Source: a virus
Virus record (IMG/VR): IMGVR_UViG_3300044546_000330
Span: 11,341-75,340 of that record
Reading direction: 5' to 3' (one strand)
DNA length: 64,000 nt
The notes under the pieces are model-generated. The model saw nothing but the letters and a program-made list of their open reading frames with translations. It was not told where the DNA came from and searched no databases. Below are positions 38,401 to 47,380 of the stretch, piece after piece. A program made the position numbers and the translations under genes. Each line of letters opens with the position of its first letter. Position 1 is the stretch's first letter.

Positions 38401-40748
38401 TCGTACTCTGCATTGTCCTTATCTATTTTTTCTTTTACAGCTTTGGTAAGTCTCTCACTAATCTCTTTAGGAGTTTCTCCTTCCATAGATACTACGCCAA
38501 AGTAATCCAAAGCTTTCTCTAATGCTAGGTTGTTCTCGGGAGTCTGGGGCAAGTTAGCCAGTCTATTGATTTCGTCTATAGTGGCTAAGTTTTTTCTACT
38601 ACGAATAGAGTTCTGTCTTGTCTTTCTAGCCCAGTCTCTTGCTGCTCTAGCGGCTATAGCCCTTTCATCTAGTACTCCATTACCGTCCAAAGGCATGTCA
38701 AACTTTTCTAACTCTGCTTTAGAAGATTCTATTCTACTCTTTGTAAGATGCATGTCTGCTAAAGTCTGGAAGATAAAGTCTGCTACGTGCCCTTGCTCAG
38801 GACTAGACCAGTCTTTGTCAACTCCGTACTTTTTAAATACTTCTTCGTGTAGTATCTTTAGAGCGCCTAAGTCTTTTACAGCTTTCTCTGCTTTTTCAAT
38901 GAAACGATTATCCCCCGGCTTGGTAGCAAACCCTACTTTCATAGCAGCAGTTTGGTTCTTAGTAAGTAGTAAATTGCTTTGTGCTTTTGCTATAGCCTCT
39001 TCTATTGGAGCAGTGTCTTCTCCTTTGCCCTGCGCTTCTGTTAACTGTTGGCCAAGTTGGTCTAAGGTTTCTTGTACTTCCTGAGTGTCTGTCTTAGTAT
39101 TGTCTAAACCGGCTATCGATCGATACGTTTCTTTCATGTGTTCAGCCATACCAAGTTGAACACTTCTCATGTTCATAAGGTCGAACATACTATGTCTAAG
39201 GTTCTCAGCTTTAGCAAGGTCTCCACTTTTCATTGCCTCTACAATCTCTTCTTGAGTACTTTGTAAATGCTCTGCATCTGCAATCATCCGTTCTTTAATG
39301 TTATTAAACATTACACCAGTTTGGATTCTATTCTTCTTTGCAGAGGTTACTCTTTTGCCATTCTCATAGTAGTTAACTGCGGCGTCTCTGTCGTTACTAA
39401 CAGGTTTGCCATCCTTATCAACTCTTTCGCCTGTAATGGCATCAGTGGCCATCCCCATGGCTACCTTGTGAATAGGTAAACCTGCTGCTACGGTATTCTG
39501 TACTGGCCCAGCTATGGCGCCCATTACAAAGTTAAGAGCTCCTTCTTCGTTAAAAGTAGTATCATAGTAGTCTGACAACAGGCTTAACTGTTCTGCAAAA
39601 CCGTGAACCTGTCCTTTCTTCCCTTCGTTAGTTGCAGAAGCTTGGGCCCATTGGTTTGTCAATTCTTCGAAACCTTCCCCTACGGCTTCGCGAGTTGCAG
39701 TAGCTACCTTCTTTCCAGTAGTAAGCAAGTTATGATCAAGACCAAGTTCCTTAGTGTATTTCTTAGGATCCATCTCTTTCAACCTTGTAATGTACTTACC
39801 TAAGCCTTCTACAGTACCTTCCCCAACCTCTTGTTTCATCAAAGTATGTGCGGCTTCTATGACTGCATCTTTTTCATGATCGAAGAACATTCCTACTCCG
39901 CCAACTAAGTTGAGTCCTGTAGCTACCATAGTGTTAAGTTGTACACCTGAAGCTGCTGATTGGGAAGCTATATGTTTAGCCTCTTCTTCACTCTTTCCTT
40001 GTTTGAGTTGTGCAGTGTACACATCGTTGTAGATCTGTCTGCCAAACTGTGCTGCTTCTTCGTAGGCTAACATACCTGCAGTAAGAGTTTTCTCTCCTGC
40101 GTTAACAAACTTTGTAGCAGTTGCTACGTCAGACAGTCCGCTGACCATACTTCCTACCCTTCTACCTGCTCCTGTAAGTTTACCAATGGCCCCTAGTCCC
40201 TTTGCTATTCCTGCACCGCCCACAGCAAATCCTATTACAGAAGCTGCTACGCCAGAACCATTCTGTAACCAGAAAGATAAGTCTCCTGCATCTCCCCAAG
40301 TACCTGTCGAACGCCTGTACAAAGGAAAGTTTTTATCAGTCCACTCATTGGCTTTGTCTGCTGCGTCTGTAAAGATGTTTTGATAGTCTCTATTGTCCCC
40401 AAACCCTTCAGTAAGTAAAGACGTAAGACCTCCTGCCATATCGATTAACTGTGTTCCAGCTTTAACGCCTGTCTGTACTACAGCATTTCCCCACTTGTCT
40501 AAAGCAGACTGAGCTTCTCCCCTTTGCAGGTCAGGGTCACCCTTAGACTCATAGAGTCCCTCAGTTAAGTACCCTGTATATTCGTCTGGGTTATAACTAG
40601 AAGCTTTAGGCCCATAGTTACTAATATCAGACGGCAAGAACGACATGAGGTCTTCATGAGTTCTTGGCCCTGTTGGTTTAATCGGCGGGGTTTGTTGGTC
40701 GTCTGCGCCTAAGCCCCTGTCATAGGTGTCTGTAAGATCTATTGCCAT
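35484..40748 (-). CDS. large ejected virion cargo protein (1754 aa)
   Basis: AQSALDKWGNA, Gly/Ala-rich membrane-like helices, EAVGEGFEE, long coiled coils; directly upstream of RNAP. Confidence 0.72.
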   Translation of the reverse strand: MAIDLTDTYDRGLGADDQQTPPIKPTGPRTHEDLMSFLPSDISNYGPKASSYNPDEYTGYLTEGLYESKGDPDLQRGEAQSALDKWGNAVVQTGVKAGTQLIDMAGGLTSLLTEGFGDNRDYQNIFTDAADKANEWTDKNFPLYRRSTGTWGDAGDLSFWLQNGSGVAASVIGFAVGGAGIAKGLGAIGKLTGAGRRVGSMVSGLSDVATATKFVNAGEKTLTAGMLAYEEAAQFGRQIYNDVYTAQLKQGKSEEEAKHIASQSAASGVQLNTMVATGLNLVGGVGMFFDHEKDAVIEAAHTLMKQEVGEGTVEGLGKYITRLKEMDPKKYTKELGLDHNLLTTGKKVATATREAVGEGFEELTNQWAQASATNEGKKGQVHGFAEQLSLLSDYYDTTFNEEGALNFVMGAIAGPVQNTVAAGLPIHKVAMGMATDAITGERVDKDGKPVSNDRDAAVNYYENGKRVTSAKKNRIQTGVMFNNIKERMIADAEHLQSTQEEIVEAMKSGDLAKAENLRHSMFDLMNMRSVQLGMAEHMKETYRSIAGLDNTKTDTQEVQETLDQLGQQLTEAQGKGEDTAPIEEAIAKAQSNLLLTKNQTAAMKVGFATKPGDNRFIEKAEKAVKDLGALKILHEEVFKKYGVDKDWSSPEQGHVADFIFQTLADMHLTKSRIESSKAELEKFDMPLDGNGVLDERAIAARAARDWARKTRQNSIRSRKNLATIDEINRLANLPQTPENNLALEKALDYFGVVSMEGETPKEISERLTKAVKEKIDKDNAEYEELQKQNLGTEEFAAWSEKNPEGKTEDYFKELMEKQQDSLYQKALVEHISDEENRLDILKGVHETITKSATLSTIMKNTTKFYDKLGEKLKKQRDSANRNVKEVLDNESQIQKYNKTVRERLQRKFTAESTKLATRLGKIHDELNQLSQLIGVIKLNSADPVGEVQDLMKSVAKLKAEADFLTKQINTYTEYIYRLENSTTMPHTPAPLAPPVTPTGPSKLEIAIQGFIAELQKYPAKQAEILVVVEEVRTTKEFSLGAFTRDGINLSSDDSAKLMTAVKAMLEAQGVVLTELAETIEEGEEAIQNIPEPLDFAATIMAQSPDNFLEPDLSATTIEDPDEKGGVEGFKQVNSASSGASRSTVFFEKRWADNKVRRESTSLWEETASKKVVQHDQLTANTPVTISIDLTYSGTVQYTPQIVDAKTGSLKPSAIQQVDIPAGHYLTSKGEVKSYLRPDGTIDTDNPEAIGNMPIKIVTADGETPQWLHTVNWIERKDPLAVDADGKPLEDAWYNTVNVLRDAEGNIKEENNVAKQSADMFSYRMALAKAHNRGETETKTKVKTKGPGKYVYAPNNGIKASIVLKESNVVQGSRKVSQVPMVLVRGKSLIGVENLPGMLNSIDQEGIENLDGRVVALVRMANGARTLVPLKGSKLSSKSDDTSFQTFNRVLELYLQHDEAEMKALKALGFNFLTDTNGKLTKDGLRNFVSQYYTYFSTEVGEGLQLRSVGENIVISYTDDAGTQSWTMAVDATGKLTRDSKKAVATLFDNRYRGVAFTSPVRQMIGLNDPSEINEFIYDGTKWRAIKHSSYNDFISTHLVSPIVPINYIDGGVDVTDANGKTHKEFYYGANPIIEYDTDPILALNNRPSTVIPDGEVANTPTTVEDEAVDVEGGFGAGLGLDVGSMSPSVEMPKTSTKTVGTQKVPAVSLESLTEMYNFTPQSERNGITPQEMFDYFRRIQVTHPPEGFNPFKRC

Positions 40749-40750
40749 AC

Positions 40751-43183
40751 TTAGTTTCTTTGAGCGTAATGATAATAAGTGATAGCTGCGTTAAGAGTTA
40801 ACCCACTATGTAATGCTTCCTTTTTACCGTTTGGTAAAGTTTGGTATATAGTGTAAGTACCGTTTTTAGGGTGCTGTAGCAGAGAGATTGCGTTACCCTC
40901 TTTTGTTGTAAACGGAGTATTGTCGCCGCTAGTTATTGGTATAAAGTCAAAACTGCTTCTTAATTTGTTTAAGTACTGAGGGTATAAGTTTGCACCTTCA
41001 TGGTCGCCAGTACTTCGGTCTCTACTTGGTGCTAAGATATCAGACATAACACGTAAGTCTTGATCACTAGACGCGTCCAAAAGTTGAGCTACTCTTTTTC
41101 TTGTGTTAGAGTTATTTAAGTCTACAAAAAACTCTCCTTGCGGCGTTCTTATTCTACCATAGTTTAACTCTGGAATGTACCCAGTTACTGTTACTTTAGT
41201 TTGATCTTCTAAAGCAGCGTTCACTTGCGCAGGCTCAGCAGCTTTCATAGTAGTTGGGTCTATCAGTTGTTCTGTGTTAGCAAAGCTTCCTATAGCATCT
41301 CTTACGTCTTTATACTTTTCTCCAGTAAGAGTATAGTTAGACGCACGTATTGACGGCGTAGGCATTTTTTCTACTTCTTTAACTACTTTTTTGTAAACAG
41401 GTGTTTCTGAAGATCTTGCTACTGTAGTTAAAGTTTCATACAGGTTTTTAGATATAGTTTTAGGTCCGTCAGCTGTATTTAAGGTAACCATTTGTTCACT
41501 AGCCATCATACCTTCTTTTGCTAGTCTTCTAACAGCTAAAGTTGAAGAAAGTGCGCCCATACCTGGTGTGTTAGCTACTGCTTTTTCAAGGTTACGAGTA
41601 CTTTTTATAGGCGGGTCTGTTGTTGATTTTTTGTCTATTATTGCGTTAAATACAGAGTTCCTATCTTTTGTGGATAAAGTTTGTAATTCATTCATTACTA
41701 TAGGAGTCATAGCACCAATGTGTACCCCTGTGCCAGTTAGTTTACTGTTTGCTCCAGAGACTGCATTTTCCAGATCATCAAAAGTTTTTCTTTGTAACTC
41801 CCTATTATCTTTCTTTACTTCTTTCCAGTCTATGTGTCGAGTTACTTTCTTACCATCTTTTACCTCAGTTTTAACTGCTGTAGGTTCATCTATAGTTGCG
41901 TCTTCGTATTGTACTTGACGTTGGTTTTGGAAGTCAGTCTTTTTGAACTGGTTCATATTCAATTCTGCTGTAGCGTTTGCTAAGTCTTCTTGGGCAACCG
42001 CTCTTTCTCTTTCGTTTACAGCAGTGTTAGCTGGGTCAAGTTTCTTATTAATATTAGCTATTCTAGCGTTTATCTCGTTCTCTTTAGTTACGTAATCTTT
42101 GTAGGCTACATGCTCATCTGGTAGGTTTAATGTTAAACCTTGTGAACTTGGTATCCAGCCTTCCGGAGTCTTAGAGCCCTTAGGGCCTGTAGTAGTCTCC
42201 TTAGGAATACCTCTATCAGTAACTTGTTCAGAATGAGTAATATCGAAGTAAGATGCGGCATCTGCAAAAGTACCAAGTGAACGGTATGTATCGTTCCTGT
42301 GTAAAACCGTGTTAACTTCTTCTACAGCTTCTTTTGCTGAGTAGTTGTTTTCTTTTACCAACTTTAAAGCAGCTTGACCTACTTGACTAGCTGGGTCTGC
42401 TATAACCTTTTGGGCCATCTCTTCAGTGATGTTATTTTGGTAAGTACTTGTTCTAGCATCTTGGTCTATAGAAGCTTTCCATTCAGGGTCAGATTCTATA
42501 GCGGCGGCCAAAGCTTGTTGAATTCTTTCTTTAGATAATCCTTTCCAACCATTTCCAGTCCTTACACTTTCCAACATATTAGCAGCGGCTTCTGCTCTAC
42601 CAACTTCTGTAGTTATAGTACTGTCTCCTTCCGGCACTAAACCTTCTAAAGCTCTTTTAGCCCTAGCTATGTTGTCTACTTGTTTAGTTGGTTTTACAGA
42701 ATACCCATAACTGTTTACGGGTCTGTTGTACTCATCAAACGTAGTACCTTTAAAGTTTTCATCTGCTTTGCCGAGTATATAATCTTTTGTAGCAGGGTTT
42801 AAGTATCCGTACTTTTCTCTGTCGTCTAAGTCTTTTTTTATTATCTCTCTCTTCTTAGTGTTGTTGGCAAGTGCTACCATCTTTACACCAGTTTTAGAAG
42901 CTGTACGATATAAGTCAGGCAAAGCATTTTCAAGGTCACCTCTTGTGGCCCACTCATTTATCTTTCCAGTAGCCTCATTGCTTATTTGCTCCCAAGCTGC
43001 TTGATCTTGTGGCAGTATTTCTGCAGTACCTAGTTTCTCTTGAGTACCTAACATAAGGTCTTGAGCTTTGTAATATCTGTCCTCCGCTGAAGCTTTTACT
43101 TCTTTTAACTCGGGGGCCATAGTACCGGCAAAGTCTTTAGTCTTAGTTGAGTTGGCTAGTTGCCAGTTATCGTATAGTCCCAT
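40751..43183 (-). CDS. virion cargo protein (810 aa)
   Basis: Position in the cargo block; helical and charged; no catalytic motif recognised. Confidence 0.6.
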   Translation of the reverse strand: MGLYDNWQLANSTKTKDFAGTMAPELKEVKASAEDRYYKAQDLMLGTQEKLGTAEILPQDQAAWEQISNEATGKINEWATRGDLENALPDLYRTASKTGVKMVALANNTKKREIIKKDLDDREKYGYLNPATKDYILGKADENFKGTTFDEYNRPVNSYGYSVKPTKQVDNIARAKRALEGLVPEGDSTITTEVGRAEAAANMLESVRTGNGWKGLSKERIQQALAAAIESDPEWKASIDQDARTSTYQNNITEEMAQKVIADPASQVGQAALKLVKENNYSAKEAVEEVNTVLHRNDTYRSLGTFADAASYFDITHSEQVTDRGIPKETTTGPKGSKTPEGWIPSSQGLTLNLPDEHVAYKDYVTKENEINARIANINKKLDPANTAVNERERAVAQEDLANATAELNMNQFKKTDFQNQRQVQYEDATIDEPTAVKTEVKDGKKVTRHIDWKEVKKDNRELQRKTFDDLENAVSGANSKLTGTGVHIGAMTPIVMNELQTLSTKDRNSVFNAIIDKKSTTDPPIKSTRNLEKAVANTPGMGALSSTLAVRRLAKEGMMASEQMVTLNTADGPKTISKNLYETLTTVARSSETPVYKKVVKEVEKMPTPSIRASNYTLTGEKYKDVRDAIGSFANTEQLIDPTTMKAAEPAQVNAALEDQTKVTVTGYIPELNYGRIRTPQGEFFVDLNNSNTRKRVAQLLDASSDQDLRVMSDILAPSRDRSTGDHEGANLYPQYLNKLRSSFDFIPITSGDNTPFTTKEGNAISLLQHPKNGTYTIYQTLPNGKKEALHSGLTLNAAITYYHYAQRN

Positions 43184-43188
43184 TATTA

Positions 43189-44598
43189 CTAGTATTTAAT
43201 GTTTATAGGTTTCATGTTCTTTACCATTCTCCCAGCAGTGTAAAGTTTACCGCCCATAGCTTTTATAGTTACGCCGTTTGCATCTACCTTAGGCTGGTCT
43301 TGTTCTTTCTCGTACTTGTCAGCAAGTCTTTTAAAGTACCCAGTAGGATCGTTCATGTACATTAACTTCATCTTTCTATCCTCTAAGTCGTTTTGAGACT
43401 GAGTGTTTTGCTGAGCTATGAACTTGTCTGACGCGTTAGCTAAGTTAGCTGCTTGTTGCTGAGTTATAGCGTTTGTACGTTCTGCCTCTAACATTCTTGT
43501 AGCGTATAGCTTGTCATTGTTTCTACTGTTTATAGCAGCGTTAGCAGTAGTTTGGGCGTTTCCTATTTCTACGTTCTTGTTAGTCTCTATTTCGTTTATC
43601 TTGTTCATAAACTGAAACTTCTGAGCTTTACTTGCCATGTTAGCCCTTACCGCGGTGTTAGCATCAAGTGTAGCATTATTGTTTAGTACTGCGTTACGGT
43701 AGTCACTCTGTACAGCGTTACGCTCTGAGTCTAAGCTTACTCGGCCGAACTGCGTTGGCGCGTCCATTACTGGTTGTGGTACACCAGCAGGACGTAAGTT
43801 CATGTTTGCAATGTTAGACATGTAGGGCATAGTTGAACTTGCTATACTTTGAAACTTGCTTGGTCTGCTCTCTAAAGACTTCCAGCCATCAGGCTTTCCT
43901 TGAGTTTGAGTAATAGGGGTTCCAACTACAGGCTTTTGACCTGAGGTTGTAGCAACTGTTGCATCTTCTTTCTTTGGCGGTACATAGTTAGTTACTGGAG
44001 TCAACGTGATAGGGTCGTTATTAGGTAAAGCTCTCCCGGCATTACCAGCTGTAGAAGCAGCTGTGTAAGTTGTAGACTTAGCGGGAGTTGTAGCAGTAGT
44101 TGTAGACGTTGGGGTTAAACCCATTCCCTTAGCAACTTTATCTGCGTAGGCGCCAACTGTTATCTTGTTACCAGACTTTGGTTTAGGAACTACGTTCTCA
44201 AAGTGACTTACGTTACCTGTGTACCAACCTTTGGTTAACATTCTTGCACGGTCAACGTCTGACGCGTCTGCTGGTATTTTTTTGTCTAACATAAGTAGAC
44301 CGTGTCTTGCTACAGTTCGTTCAAACTTTGGGTCATTTTGAAATCTGGATACCGCATCGTTGTAAGATTTTTGAGTCTTTGCAAGCCCCATGTCTCTGAG
44401 TATACGATTTCTAGTTCTGTCAGTTATCTGCCATCTACCACTAGCAGTATTGACTGGCTGACCTGGTGCAGCTTTAATCCTAGTACGCTTACCAGTAATG
44501 CCGCCTTCAAATCCAGGCTTAGCCATCTGGTCTAACCATCTGTCGTAAATGTCTGGTCCAGTTTGTTCTTTTACTTCGCCGTCTCCTTTTATTGCCAT
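43189..44598 (-). CDS. cargo protein with N-terminal lysozyme/transglycosylase-like domain
   Basis: FEGG...TASGRWQIT...WYTG...YADKV, Thr/Pro linker, Asn/Gln/Ala-rich coiled coil, C-terminal KAMGG. Confidence 0.6.
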   Translation of the reverse strand: MAIKGDGEVKEQTGPDIYDRWLDQMAKPGFEGGITGKRTRIKAAPGQPVNTASGRWQITDRTRNRILRDMGLAKTQKSYNDAVSRFQNDPKFERTVARHGLLMLDKKIPADASDVDRARMLTKGWYTGNVSHFENVVPKPKSGNKITVGAYADKVAKGMGLTPTSTTTATTPAKSTTYTAASTAGNAGRALPNNDPITLTPVTNYVPPKKEDATVATTSGQKPVVGTPITQTQGKPDGWKSLESRPSKFQSIASSTMPYMSNIANMNLRPAGVPQPVMDAPTQFGRVSLDSERNAVQSDYRNAVLNNNATLDANTAVRANMASKAQKFQFMNKINEIETNKNVEIGNAQTTANAAINSRNNDKLYATRMLEAERTNAITQQQAANLANASDKFIAQQNTQSQNDLEDRKMKLMYMNDPTGYFKRLADKYEKEQDQPKVDANGVTIKAMGGKLYTAGRMVKNMKPINIKY

Positions 44599-44599
44599 G

Positions 44600-47380
44600 T
44601 TATTGTAAGTTTAATTGTTTTTTCATATACTCTTGTGCAAGTTTTAACTTGTTAGTTTTATCTGCAAGAAGTTTTAAAGTGTTAAGTCTTTCAGGTGTAG
44701 AAGCTTTTGCCTCTATTTTTCCTTGCGCTTTAGCTATAGGTTTGTGAAGCGCCGCAAAGCCAAGTTGTTTTGAGAAAACATAGTCTCCTGACATAGTTTC
44801 TCCCCCTTCTATTTCTGCTTGTTGATCCGGTAAAGCTATACCACCTTGTTCGTGCGAGGGGCCTACAGCTATAGAAGCATCTTTAGACATAGGTTGGATA
44901 CTTCCCCCTACAGCTTTCTGGTTAGCCATGTAGTTAGAAGCCATAGAACCCCCTGGTCCATACATCTTAGTCCCCGTATAGTCTGTGAACTGTGCTTGTG
45001 GTCTTTTAACAGTGCCCCCATTAGCTTTCTTGTACAGACTAGAAACTGTACTAGCATCTTTCTTTAGCTGGTTAAAACTATTACCTGAAGGGGAGTAGCC
45101 TTCTTGTGCAGCGTTTACAACCATATCTCCTATTACTGGTACTCCCAGTTTTGTAAACTCACTACCTATTAAGTTTGCAGCTTTTAAGTAGTCTTTGTTT
45201 TTAAAAGCTTTTCCTGCGTCTTTACCTGTGTTGTACATATTGTAAAGTTTACCTGGATTAGTTTGGTCTAGGAGTGTTTGTACAGAGACGTTACCTGCAT
45301 AGTTAACCGCCGGGCTAAAGTCTTCTTTTTGTTTAGGAGCAGTATCTTCTACAGCTTTATTGTACTTAGAGTTAGGCTTCCAATCGTAACCAACTGGAGT
45401 TTGTGTAATCCAGTTCTTAGAATCTGCTGTATGAGTTGCTACAGTTTTTGTTTGCCCACCATTACGGTACGTAGTAAGTAGACCTTTATTCTGTCTGCCT
45501 TTTAAAGAATCTCTAAGTTCACCATATCTGGCGTGCAGACCAGGAGCTATATTGCCGTGAGCTTCATACTCCATATACTCAGGTCCTGTCACTTTAGGTT
45601 GGTAAAACTTTTGGTAATCTTTCATACTAAAGGACGGACTTCTTAACCAGTCTTTTGCCCAACCTGCAGCAACTCCTTTACCTATAGGGTTTTCTTTATC
45701 TTGTTTACTGTGAGCAGTTTCTTCTATAAGATTCCTAGTAAACTTGTTAGGGTTTTTACCTGTTGGCAGTATTATAGTACTTGAAAAAGGATTGTAATGA
45801 GGCCACGCTCCTTCTTTTGTAGTTACGTCAGGAGAGCCATTCTCTTCTAATAGTTTTTTCTTAGCTAAGTAGGAAGCAGGATCAAGCTTACCCTTACGCA
45901 TAGACCCTTGTTCTAGAACTTCTGTAGAGTTGCTGCTAGGGTTGTACACCGGCATTCCACTAGGGTTTGGTCTAAAAGTTCTAGTGTACGTACTGACAGG
46001 GCTAGGCATTTGAGGGCTAGGCGCTGGAGAAGAAGGTACGTATGTAAACTTGCTACTTGGCAAGTTGGCAGTTGTTGCGTTTGCCACTGTATCTGGTTCT
46101 GTATCTCCGCCAAAACCCATAGTCTTAAGATACCCTTTAGACAGTGCTCCTCCGTTTCTATAGTACCCACTACTAGTAGGTTTGAGATCTTGGTACCTAG
46201 ATGAATTAGAATTTATAACACTCTGTTCTGCTTTCATGTAGTCAGCCTGCCATGCATCATAAGCTTTCTTCTTAACCTTGCCAGAAGCTCTACCTCCAAT
46301 ATAACCAGCTATTCCTCCTACAGCTGCTCCAACTGCAGTACCAATAGGGCCAAAGGTAGAACCTATAGATGCTCCTGTACCCATACCTTTAGCAGCTCCT
46401 TTTATATCATCCATACTACCAGTGTCATGAGCTCCTTCTTGCTTACGTCTGTTTGTCTCAGCAAAGTTACCTATAAAAGATGTACCTGCTTGAATAGCTG
46501 CATTGTAAGACTTTGCTGCTAGTTCTTTATTTTTAAACTCATCTTGTGGTTCTGGAGTTTCTGGAGTTTCTGGAGTTGATTTGCCTTTACCTTCTGTACC
46601 TGGTGCAAATTCAGAAGTTACAAAGTTTTTTCTTTGTTGGTTGCTAGCCATGTTAAAGACACCCTCTTGTTGGGTCTGTGCAGGCATGTTTTGGTTTGTA
46701 GACCATGATGAGAATGGAGTTTGCTTACCTAAAATAACTCCATCAGTTTCATCAGTAGGACCACCAAGTAAATACTTCTTAAGTCCTTTACCATAGGCAA
46801 CATTGACTGTACCTCTTTTATCATACATCTGCTTAAGACTGCCTCCCATTGCTACATGTTGATTACCTACTAGGAGTGGTCCTCCTTTACCAAACTTATA
46901 CCTTAAACCAGCATTTACATTCTTTGAATTACTCTGCATGTCAATATCAAGTCGATCATTTACATGGTATGTTCCTGCCATTCCCATATCAGCAGGGAAC
47001 TTTTGAAAGTGTTTATTACCAACGCCGACCGCGTAAGGCCCAACAGAAAAGTCTTTAGTTTGGTAACGAGGGTTTATCCCTCCTACAATTAAGTTTTCTT
47101 TTCTGTCATTAGCAAGAAACCCGTTAAACTTTAAAGGCTTTACTTCTTGCTGTCTATTTACAGGTAAGTTTAAGTTTATACCTTTACTAGTTATATAAGG
47201 ACTCTCTTCTAATATTGGACCACCGTTACGATGTTGCCACTTAGCAGCATTCTGTGCAAAGACAGCTCTCTTCTTAGTTACTGGGTTAGAACTATGAGTA
47301 AGTTCTTCCGTACTTTTTCCGGTACGAGCTTTGGTAGCGTTAAACTTACCACGGTTTTCAGGCTTAATATGTATACTCAT
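44600..47380 (-). CDS. modular cargo protein (926 aa) with repeated xxxGG motifs
   Basis: N-terminal IHIKPENRGKF...KRAVFAQNAAKW, glycine zipper GAAKGMGTGASIG...GAAVGG, C-terminal GPSHEQGGI...EIEGGE. Confidence 0.7.
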   Translation of the reverse strand: MSIHIKPENRGKFNATKARTGKSTEELTHSSNPVTKKRAVFAQNAAKWQHRNGGPILEESPYITSKGINLNLPVNRQQEVKPLKFNGFLANDRKENLIVGGINPRYQTKDFSVGPYAVGVGNKHFQKFPADMGMAGTYHVNDRLDIDMQSNSKNVNAGLRYKFGKGGPLLVGNQHVAMGGSLKQMYDKRGTVNVAYGKGLKKYLLGGPTDETDGVILGKQTPFSSWSTNQNMPAQTQQEGVFNMASNQQRKNFVTSEFAPGTEGKGKSTPETPETPEPQDEFKNKELAAKSYNAAIQAGTSFIGNFAETNRRKQEGAHDTGSMDDIKGAAKGMGTGASIGSTFGPIGTAVGAAVGGIAGYIGGRASGKVKKKAYDAWQADYMKAEQSVINSNSSRYQDLKPTSSGYYRNGGALSKGYLKTMGFGGDTEPDTVANATTANLPSSKFTYVPSSPAPSPQMPSPVSTYTRTFRPNPSGMPVYNPSSNSTEVLEQGSMRKGKLDPASYLAKKKLLEENGSPDVTTKEGAWPHYNPFSSTIILPTGKNPNKFTRNLIEETAHSKQDKENPIGKGVAAGWAKDWLRSPSFSMKDYQKFYQPKVTGPEYMEYEAHGNIAPGLHARYGELRDSLKGRQNKGLLTTYRNGGQTKTVATHTADSKNWITQTPVGYDWKPNSKYNKAVEDTAPKQKEDFSPAVNYAGNVSVQTLLDQTNPGKLYNMYNTGKDAGKAFKNKDYLKAANLIGSEFTKLGVPVIGDMVVNAAQEGYSPSGNSFNQLKKDASTVSSLYKKANGGTVKRPQAQFTDYTGTKMYGPGGSMASNYMANQKAVGGSIQPMSKDASIAVGPSHEQGGIALPDQQAEIEGGETMSGDYVFSKQLGFAALHKPIAKAQGKIEAKASTPERLNTLKLLADKTNKLKLAQEYMKKQLNLQ
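46551..46577. repeat. 9-bp tandem repeat x3 (TCTGGAGTT) encoding TPE-TPE-TPE
   Basis: tctggagtt tctggagtt tctggagtt seen directly. Confidence 0.8.

Noticed and set aside
21745-47058. Numerous + strand ORFs of 60-194 aa opposite the structural genes (and - strand ORFs opposite the early genes)
   Set aside because: Antisense shadows of long genes, with Ser/Phe/Leu-rich translations and no motifs.
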